A stretch of DNA of 64,000 bases from Vermamoeba vermiformis. Its lineage: Eukaryota. Made by a program: the position numbers and the translations under genes. Positions 1 to 9,429 of the stretch are shown here, piece by piece (positions within the stretch are counted from its first letter, which is position 1; each line of letters opens with the position of its first letter). The notes beneath the pieces are model-generated. The model was not told where the DNA came from, made no database searches, and saw only the letters and a program-made list of their open reading frames with translations. Where the stretch lies: assembly GCA_045837725.1 (NCBI GenBank), contig JBEWZL010000124.1, forward strand, positions 1-64,000, read 5' to 3'.

Positions 1-162
1 TTTATGATATAATAGTGAGACCCTCCAGTTTGTATTGGCAGTCTTGTTATTTTTACCTTTTTTTATTTATTTAACGGATTTGTCTTCGGTCGCGGAGCTG
101 GACCTCTACGATTTCAGTTTTAACCATCTCCGTGCTGACATGACCAAGAGAAATGTTTGTAC

Positions 163-510
163 ACGGAGACGACCAGCGAGACATTCTTTTTTTGTAGATC
201 GTCTCCACGTGGAGACGACCTGCGAGACTTTATTTTTTTGGGATCGTCTCCACGCGGAGACGACCTGTGGGACATCGTAGTTTTTTTAGGATCGTCTCCA
301 CGTGGAGACGACCTGCGAGACTTCGTAGTTTTTTAGGATTGTCTCCGCGTGGAGACGACCTGCAAGACTTTGTTTTTTTTTAGGATTGTCTCCGCGTGGA
401 GACGACCTGTAGGACTTTGTTTTTTTAGGATCGTCTCCACGTGGAGACGACCTGCGAGACTTTGTTTTTTTATGAGATCGTCTCCACGTGGAGACGACCT
501 GCAGGACTTA
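163..510. repeat. Tandem array of 7 full + 1 half units (period 45-48 bp), each with the 20-bp palindrome TCGTCTCCACGTGGAGACGA
   Basis: Palindromes start at 199, 244, 292, 339, 386, 431 and 478, with a half copy at ~163. They are separated by similar CCTGCGAGACTT + poly-T + AGGA linkers. Confidence 0.95.
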
Positions 511-635
511 GTGTTTTTGAGCATGTCATTCGGGGTGAGACTTCTTTTTTCCCGTGGATAATTTTCCAAAGTAAAATTTTGCTTAAGTAAAAAATGATCG
601 GGGTCGAAAATTCTTTATTTTTTTGAGGGGGTGTC

Positions 636-1083
636 AGGGCTAGCCCTATATGGGCAAGCCCACTTACATATATGAATTCTGTGTTTGAGTGTAGTCCAAG
701 GACTACGGTTGATGGAGAATTCTGCACCGGTTGGACATCCATGCAAATGAATAGACATTTTGCAAGTATGCATATTCAAAATAGTTACCCGATGAAACTA
801 AGTTCCTTACCTTTAGGCTCAATCTTCATTGTAAGCCTGCCAAGGCTAATGGATGGGAAAACACTGTTTGTGATTCAAAATTGGGAAAATGAAGATTGTA
901 CAGATTTTAGCCATAATTGTATATTCAAAAATAAATAACGTTTATTCGAATCATGGGGTTTTATTCAAAAATATGACATTTTCCAGGCTTTAGGCCTATA
1001 AGCCTTAAATTAGCTAAGCCTAACTATATATATAATTTTTAGGGCTAGCCCTGTTTGGCCAAGCCCTGTAGTATATATGAATT
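636..1083. repeat. Direct repeat pair (636-678 / 1041-1083) starting with palindrome AGGGCTAGCCCT, plus an internal copy (990-1036) of the junction hairpin motif
   Basis: agggctagccct-N-gg.caagccc-N-tatatgaatt occurs twice. ttaggcctataagccttaaattagctaagcctaactatatatataat at 990-1036 closely matches 5541-5587. Confidence 0.85.
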
Positions 1084-1676
1084 TACATTATGTAAAAATG
1101 AACATACCATTACCTATGTGGTGCGTTGCAAGCTAGATTGATATCAGAACAAACAAGAAAGAGGATTCAAAAGAACATGTGGCACAAAAAGGCGCGCTGG
1201 CATCCTATTGGTCAGAAGAATCCTTGTATTTGATTGGTCTATTTTTTTGTATATATATATTCATACTTTGTATATACAATTCTGCGTGTCGTTGCCTGGC
1301 CTGCAGTTTGTTGCATAGAAGTACGAAAGCAACCGAACTAGAAACTTTGTACTTGCCAGGGATGAAGTATGTTTTATTATTCTTTTGAGCTATCAAAATA
1401 AAACTTGACATTGCAAAAATAATTTCTATGCCCAATTAGGAAAAGTCGGTTAACGAAAAGTCACGTGATCATAAACTTCGGAAAAAAAGTAGCGGATCTG
1501 GAATCAACTTTACCATTTTCGATGCAAAAATGACTCTGGTAGGTGCAGGTGAAGCCCCACACCACTGTTTTTGACCCTTCCGCTGCGCATTTTTTCCTGC
1601 CTTGACGGTGAATTCAGTATAAACATAATAAAAATTTGAATATACATTTTTTGTGGCCAATGTCCAAGCAACACTG

Positions 1677-2567
1677 ATGTCGTTTAAAAGGTTATTTGGA
1701 AGAAGAATTAGGGCAAGAAGGATTCTTAGACGAAAGCTTCCTGCTAGGAGAAAAATTCCAGAGACTATTAAATGCCTGACTGACGACGATCCGCTTGTGC
1801 AAAAACTGAAGCTAATCACCACTGAGTAAGCATTTAAAAAAACATCAAAAATATTTTCTCTTTTAACAATCAAATACCTAGCTGGATATTGCGGGATAGC
1901 AATGGAAAAGTCATCCTACGATTTTACAAAAATAAGATCCCGAAAAAATATTTAAACAACTTGGTCAAGTCGTCCAGAGCTCTCAAGGCAGCATTCAAAC
2001 CTCAAATTAAAAAATCAAAAAGCTATCACCTCGGTTATTGGAGAAGGTTTCGCCGGTTTATGTTCAGATCTGCGGACGCCAACATCAGCTGCTGGTTGCA
2101 TAATGGGATCTTCCTTCACAACAAGCTCAACCAACAGTTCTTTGGCATGATTGACACCCTATTTTCACAAGTGGATAAGAACCTGTGCAAGGAATATTGG
2201 GAGGTAAGCGAAGTGAAAATGAATATACATATTTTAATAATGTATATACAAAAATATAAAGGTAGAAACTCCTGGCCCAAGACTGGTTGGAAAATCCTTT
2301 CTGATGTGTGTCGTTAACTGGGGAACTACAGGCCCCCACTACGACCACATGGATAGACCCGATGGTCTGTGTTGCGTCGTTCCCTTTGGCAACTTTACGG
2401 GAGGTGATCTTGTCTTCAGAGACCTTGGTTACCGTGTACAATTTGAAGCTGGAGATGTAATCTTCTTCCAGTCTCAGAAGATGTTACACGAGAACTTACC
2501 AGCCTCTGAAGATAGACAATCTATTGTCTTTTGCTCTGATAGATTCTGCTTTCCCAAGGAAGAATAA
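1677..2567 (+). CDS. TET/JBP-family 2OG-Fe(II) dioxygenase (~258 aa; exons 1677-1825, 1882-2203, 2262-2567)
   Basis: The spliced frame is open. It has an Arg-rich N-terminus, HLGYW, then HYDHMD (HxD), GLCCVVPFGNFTGGDLVF, GDVIFFQSQKMLHEN (distal His) and RQSIVF (2OG-binding Arg). This is the motif pattern of fungal/algal/Naegleria-type TET/JBP enzymes. Confidence 0.85.
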
Positions 2568-2577
2568 AAACCAGATT

Positions 2578-4215
2578 AATGTATATTCATATTTATTTTT
2601 TGTATATACATTCTATTCGCATTTGCACGCTAAGCTCACAACTTGTTTCACCCAACATGCTATCAAGAGGCATTACGTCAAACATGCTAATTATTACTAA
2701 ATAATACTCACAACTTGTCAGCTTTGGTCAGTTTGATTCTCTTCTTGATCCGATCTTAATCGCAAGCATGCGATCCTGGCACAACTAGCACTTGTAAGCC
2801 TCTCTCAAGCACCTGTAGAGTGCAATATTAATAGGTATTCTCTATTATCGCAATCACTTAACTTACCACTATCCAGGGAAGTCTCCACCTGATCGGCAGC
2901 GGATGTGCACGTGTAACTGGATCGATGAAATCTCTGATACTAATGTTAGTAAAAATAAACCAAATATACTACTGCATTACTTGAATTATTTTATATAACA
3001 ATCTATCATTGTAATGCAAAAACTTGAATATTCTGAAAATAAATATTTTGTAACGGCTAGATCCCGTGTAAATTAAAATGAAATCAAAATTGGGAACTCA
3101 CAAGGTCACCAGCCTTACGACGTTATTATTATTATTATTATTATTATTTATATTACCTTTAATGAGCTGGTGCAAGCCATACAAGAGGACTGATTATTCT
3201 AGATCGGACCCGTGATCGAGCCGACACACCAAGTCTTGTTACTGAGGGCACTGGTGACCCTCTTTCTGATATCAATAGAAGCACACCTGATGTGTGCTGT
3301 AGTTGGTGAATGTTTGATGAAATACAGACACCTGGTTACTCATAAATTGTTCGGCACCACGTGCCTGCCGCAATTTTTTTGATAATTAGATTTGTGTATA
3401 TTCATTTTTATTTTTTGTATATACATTTCATCGTGGAGCCATACTGACGGCCAACTAATGCTCAATTCCATCCTGACCATACTCCTAATGAGAGACATTA
3501 GTTAATAAATACAAAGTATTATTACAGAATACTTACAAGTGGCTGGCAACAGTCAGATCAGATCTTCAACAAGATCGGCAAGAGTACGTCAGCAGCAAGC
3601 CTGGCTTTACCTGCAATTTACAGCATCTCCAAAGCACCTAGTACGTGTAACATCAATACATACTCTGTATAATTGCAATCAGTTAGCTTACCACTATCCA
3701 GGGAAGTCTCCACCTGATCGGCAGCGGATGTGCACGTGTCACTGGATCAATGAAATCTCTGATACTAATGTCAGTAAAAATAAATCAAATATACCACTGC
3801 GTTACTTGAATTATTTTGTGTAAGAATATGACACTGTTATTTAGAATTTTGAATATAAGTGAAATAAATATTTTGTAACGGCTAGATCTGAAATAATTTA
3901 AAAATTAAACTGACTACGAAGTTAACTCCTAATGCTACCAGCCAAAATTCAACAAGATATTTATACATACATATGTAAACTTACCTTCAATGCTCTGCAA
4001 AGGGCCATGTAACAGGGCTGACATATTCTCGATCGGTGTGCAGATCAAGATGGCATGCGAACTCTCATTACTGAGAGGTCTCATGACTCTACTTTACATA
4101 TCAATAATGGCACATGTGTTGTGTGCCTTAGTTGCTACATGTTTGGATTGGAACAGCTAGCATGTTACATGGAAATTGTTCGGTGGCACGTGACTTGGTT
4201 CACAACCCAAAAAGA
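2578..4215 (-). repeat. Diverged tandem duplication (~815-830 bp unit x2) with conserved minus-strand splice signals and no clean ORF
   Basis: 2860-3060 and 3685-3890 are nearly identical. 2705-2815/3530-3640 and 3155-3362/3980-4192 are alignable. Minus-strand GTAAGT/GTGAGT donors and AG acceptors sit at equivalent positions in both copies. Confidence 0.8.
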
Positions 4216-4559
4216 ATTTTTTTGATCTCATTGTTATTTCATAGCCAATATGGCAACCATCTCTACAATGCATCTTTCAACCAATGTACACTAGTTTTGT
4301 GAAGTTCTGGGAAACGGTGAGTATTACGTTTATACATTAAACAATTTTGTATATTCATTTTTACATATTTACATTTTTCGATTCCCAATTTAATATATCA
4401 ATGTTAACAATGCAGATTACTTATTATTATCTATCGTTTAATAACTTATAAACGTTTTATTAAAACCAAGAGCAGCTGTGGGAACTTCTTTGGTTGGTGG
4501 ACTGGATCACCAACATCTTTAGCTTGGTGACCAGTTATAACTGGCAGAAGTATCGCAAA

Positions 4560-5215
4560 TTCTTCAGTTGGGCGTAGTCCAAGGACTACGGGCAGTCAGG
4601 AATTCTGACATTCAGTGTTTCCTGGGAAACGCTCACTCAGGAATTCTGGACTTGAGCGTAGTCCAAGGACTACGGTCTACTGAGAATTCTGCAATCCAGG
4701 TGTTTCCTAGGAACATGTTATCCAGGAATTCTTCACTTGAGCGTAGTCCAAGGACTATGGACTATGAAATGTAAGCCCTCGACTTTTGTATATACAAAAA
4801 TACTTTATGTATATTCATTAAATTTTTTAAATTTTTTTTTTTTAAATTTTTTTTTTTTTTTTTTCGTTTCGGTTTCGTCCCTACTTTCTCCCCTTCCCAA
4901 TAACGCTTTTTTATTAACTCGATAAAGGTGTACTGCGATGCCATTGCAGTAGTGGATATTTTATCATTGTCTACAGCAGGAAAAAGTTACAAGGAAACCA
5001 AGGATCAGGAATTCTTCATTTGAGCGTAGTCCAGGGACTACGGTCAGCCACGAATTCAGACACTCTGTTTCCGTAAACGCTTGCCCATGAATTCTGGACT
5101 TGAGCGTAGTCCAAGGACTACGGTCTAGTGAGAATTCTGAAATCTAGATGTTTCCTGGAAACGAGTTAGCCAAGAATTCTCCATTTGAGCGTAGTCCAAG
5201 GACTACGGTCAGCCC
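4560..5215. repeat. Two triplets of an ~80-85 bp unit containing the hairpin CGTAGTCC-AA-GGACTACG, with a solo copy at 690-707
   Basis: Core at 4573, 4657, 4742 and at 5025, 5105, 5190, usually preceded by GAATTC...TTGAG. The triplets are separated by a poly-T tract at ~4822-4864. Confidence 0.95.
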
Positions 5216-5585
5216 AGACACCAAAGTGTAATCGGAGTGGTTTTGAATATACAAAGTTAATGAGTGTACATTCATTTTTACTATGGAAATATTCAAAATG
5301 AGTGGTTGATGATTTCACAGGTTAATTCATTCAATCATTCAGTCCAAGGAGTTCTTGCAGACAAAAAGGCTAGGATTGTCCGTGCATCTCAACTTTGTAC
5401 ATGGTTGTATCACTATGACCCCCACAGGCAGTGATGAATAATTTACTCAATTGAGCATGCACTATAAAATTTTGAATAAACAATCTGGACTTTTATATAT
5501 TTATTTTACTGTTGTATGGGTTTTGTACAAAAGTTCTGGATTAGGCTTATAACCCTTAAATTGCCTAAGCCTAAGTATATATATA

Positions 5586-6966
5586 ATCCAATATCGTCGC
5601 GAGAAGTGTCTAACGTCCTTAAAGGTGATTTTTTTGCGCTTTTCTTCAATCTTTTCCACTCTAGCAACCCTAACGTGCCCGAGCATTAAAAAAAGATGGT
5701 GAAGGCAGATCCACGATTAGTTACCTCTTCTTAGCGTGTATATCCATTATTACATAAACTATGACAGCACTGAAAGACAACAACGATGTTATGGCAGCTA
5801 TTAGTGTCGAATTAGGATTGCACCGAGATCTGCGTAACGAAATAATTACCAAGCCACAACGCATAAATGTAATCACCCATCAGGATAGCGGCTTCTTCTT
5901 CAACATTAAATGACAGTACTGAGCCCTAAAATTAAGTTAGGAGGTGAAAAAAACCGAATTAAAGTTTTCCGTGCCAGATGTGCCACCGTATTTGTAACGC
6001 CCATTGCCAAAGACAAACGCTTGCCCGCAAACCACTCGACGCACATACTGCTTTGGATAACTATTCAAAAGTTAAATTCGGAAACAATATTCAAAAAAAT
6101 AAGCGCAACGAAGCGACCTTCCGCAGATTCGGCACCAACTCTAAAAATAGTAAATCAATTATACTAATATGATTAAATTCTTAGTGACCTGACTTACCCA
6201 AATATAAATCGCCCGACAAGCATAATAATGTACGCGAGAAACGAATCTAACCCAAGCCAACGTTTTAACGAGGGACCAAGGGCACAGATGATCGATCCGG
6301 CGAGAAAAAGAGAGCCAAATATTAGGATACTCTTTCTATTACCAATTTTATCGCTTAAAAAACCGCCAGCAATTACCAAGACGATGTTTGGCAAGGCATA
6401 CAGCGAAAATAATAAGCCATATAATGATTTGCTAAGCGATAGGTCCTAATTAATGATAATAATATTAAGAGATATGAGGCACATGAATCGCAGCTACGGT
6501 TGTCATTACCTTGATCAGATCTCCTTCCAACGCCGAAACGGAATCGTAAACGAAAAGCCCTCCAAAAGCTGCATAATATCACTGATTAGTATTGCATTGC
6601 TTAATTGTACTCGAAACTAATCTCAATCGTAACATCCTCGAAATGGATTTGCCACTTACGTACCAATAAATGCAATGCATATTAAAACAATGATCTTGTA
6701 GAACGCGCCTACAGGTTGACGCGCCTTCGATGCCAAGCTTTTAGGTAGAAGTTCATCCTTTTCGAGACTCTCGTAGTCGTCGTAACCTGAAGAGCCACCC
6801 AACGGCAATATATCTGCAAGTAACTAAGTATTGATTGGTAATTACCGCCCATTATATTGGTTTGGTGATAGATACAATTGTATCCAATAAGATTCTATTC
6901 AAAGAAGTATTGGCGGATTGGAAGTATAATTATCTTACCGGTTTGATAATGGTCTTGAATTGACAT
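5586..6966 (-). pseudogene. MFS transporter (MFSD1-like), N-terminal half only, interrupted at ~5585
   Basis: Spliced exons give MSIQDHYQT...FVYDSVSALE...LFSLYALPNIVLVIAGGFLSDKIG...GRFIFGVGAES...WFAGKRLSLAMG...ITFKDVRHFSRRYWI. The second 6-TM half is not found in the window. Confidence 0.75.
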
Positions 6967-7438
6967 TAATTGTAATCGAATAAGAAACCACGAACAATCT
7001 TTTTGTGCCAGAGATAATGCCTTGCGCCGTATTTTGGCCCAGAAACGTTAATCTTAAGTTTGCTGTTCTGCGTTCCAGTTCCTTGAAAATATGCCCGATT
7101 AAGAACTCGAACGGATGGCCGAAACGTAAATTAATTCGAAAACGAATTCGCAATCGTTAGGAGCGTGTTCGAACCGAGTCAAGACAAAAACAGGAGAGAT
7201 CTAAAAAAAAGAAGTTGGTTAAAAGAAAGATCCAGAGGTCGACAATCTCGTTATACCACCAGGATTATATTATTGCTCCTAATATAACGTACTTGAATTT
7301 TGTAGAAATCACAAGTCGTAAAACTTCAATGACGCGTGATCTCGTTGTAATTCTGCATCCGATACTCGTACTGGAATTACGCTGTTTTAAAGCTGTATGC
7401 TACAAAAGTTTATAAATAGGCAATGCTACACGAGGTAC

Positions 7439-8529
7439 TTATTTGTTTAACATCATGGTAACCCAAGGTTGATAGTTGATGTGACCCGTGTTGTGTGGAT
7501 CTGCTTCGCTGAGCACCATGTTCACTTCGTCTTCAGACATCTTCTCACCCAACTCCATCAACACATAGCGCAACTCATTTGTAGAGATCATTCCTAAGTA
7601 CAAACGATTAGTAGGGCTCGAATACGAAAACAGCGCCCGAGTCAGGCACTAAAATAGGAAGTGGTAGCATACCGTTCATGTCTTTATCGAACACCGAAAA
7701 GGCTTGACGAATCTCTTCTTGATCGTCTTCTTTGACTTCGGACAACTTGTTCATTGCCGCGCAGAACTACGAATTAGCATTAGTATCGTCATTTGATCGA
7801 GACCCGCGGTAAATATTTAGTAATTACGTACTTGATCGAAGTTGAGGCGGCCTTTCTTTTCAGTGTCGAAGGTAGAGAAGACTTGTTGCATATCAGCTTG
7901 TGAGGGCTTAAGGCCAAGCGATCTGATATGCATTATTGTATTAGCAAGGCATTTCGTCTTAGTGATCCGCGAAATTACAATGTAGTTTTTGAAAGAGCGA
8001 ATAATAAAATTCTTCTAGTAGTAGGTTTTGAAACATCGAGCGTACCTCATAACTTTAGCACTCTCTTCCATGTCGAGATTTCCTGATAACAAAATGGTTT
8101 AAAACCGAAAAGAAAATTATAATAACAATAAAATATAAATCCGTTTCTTCAAATAATGTATAATTTGAACGAGCACTTGAACAAATTTTTCGAGCTGCTT
8201 TAATTTTGAAACTCGATCGGGTGAAATTATAACTGTAATGAATTATTTAATTGCAGTGCAAAATTCATATTTAATTTAATACTACATCAACGTAAATTAA
8301 GCCAGTAATTTTAAAAGAGATTGATTTTTCTATTTTGACGCGTATCTTTTTGATTTTCGACTGACTTATCTTGAAATCAGAAATAGAAATTTAAATACCA
8401 TAGATATAATAAATAGGCATAATTATATTTATAGTAATAACATTGATAGTGCTACCTACCATTACCGCTTTTATCGAACAATTGGAAGGCCTCACGCCAC
8501 TCTCCAACCAAAGGATGCTGTGCTGCCAT
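7439..8529 (-). CDS. Calmodulin-like / myosin light chain EF-hand protein
   Basis: Five exons: MAAQHPLVGEWREAFQLFDKSGNG...RSLGLKPSQADMQ...[47 protein letters not shown]...INYQPWVTMMLNK*. Confidence 0.9.
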
Positions 8530-9429
8530 ATTTGTTATTAATAATATTTCGAAATAATAATGCTCTTTGTCTCTGCTTGATAATTTAAAAAGAAAAATCT
8601 AGCGGAGTCGTTAAGATTTTATCTCGAGAGAAGAGGTCAACGAAGTAAGTTAGCAACTTAACTAATTCGTCCCTATTACATAATAAAAACCTACGCATCA
8701 CTCAAGGCAAAACGGAGCAGCACGGCACTAACGTCGCTCACATTCGGCGGCGAGATCAGCAGGTAATAATCAAATGAGGTCGATTATTATTTTACAAATA
8801 AATTGCACTTAATATTATAAATAATAATAAGTAAATTCTTGTCCTTTCTTTTTTGGATCGATCTTCCAATGTCGGTGAACAGTCCTGGAGCCAATCCAAA
8901 ATTATTACAATCCGAACGAAATATCTCCGCAGGTTGATTTGAAATTATCATATTACTTCTAAGTCCGAAACAATCCGTGAGCCTCGGTGAGCTACTCGAG
9001 ATCGTTTCAATCTACTCGTTTAGAATGCTGAGTTTGTAAACCTGAATCTCCTGCAAGAATCAGGTTCGAATACTATTTACGAAATTGACACGCATCGCGT
9101 AATTTATTTCCGAATTACATAATTTCGACCTATTGTCCCGCCGGCACACACTCCACGATGAATGTAAGACAAATACTAATTTATTCTGGTAGTACAATTT
9201 AAACGTCATCTGTAGACGGTCTATTATGATCTATGACATACGAAAACATTTGTCCATTTATGGCAAGTGTGTTACCTCCGAGGGAGATTAAAGCTTAAAT
9301 CGGTAAACTCGGTTTTGGCCAGCTATTTTTTTTCAAGCCACTAAGTGGAGCGTCACATAAGAGGTCTAATTGTTCTCAGCTTGAACCTCTTTTGATTAAT
9401 CGTAAAGGATCCGGAAGATATTTTAAAGG

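Larger units (their letters stand above)
1..5585. mobile_element. Putative large insertion/mobile element, right-hand part only, carrying a TET/JBP dioxygenase
   Basis: The MFSD1-like minus-strand gene runs to ...ITFKDVRHFSRRYWI and then loses similarity at the TA run 5576-5585. Left of this point the DNA is repeat-rich and gene-poor: palindrome arrays, a hairpin at 5541-5574 and a recurring TGTATATTCA motif. No transposase and no left end are seen in the window. Confidence 0.65.

Noticed and set aside
163-510. CRISPR array
   Set aside because: The spacers are near-identical poly-T linkers rather than unique sequences, there are no cas genes, and the context is eukaryotic.
35-938. Short ORFs over the left repeats
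   Set aside because: They are translations of the palindromic repeat or AT-rich DNA, with no protein motifs.
4822-4864. Poly-T tract as the tail of a retrocopy/SINE
   Set aside because: No target-site duplication or recognisable body was found, so it is treated as part of the repeat block.
4560-5215. CRISPR-like repeat-spacer array
   Set aside because: The intervening sequences are homologous to each other (GAATTCTG...TGTTTCC), consistent with tandem duplication.
5610-5625. CC-TTAA as a Kolobok/piggyBac-type terminus
   Set aside because: It lies inside the MFS coding exon (TFKDVR codons on the minus strand). The break is ~35 bp further left.
9035-9080. tRNA-like GGTTCGAAT
   Set aside because: Only an imperfect local hairpin; no cloverleaf or acceptor stem could be built.
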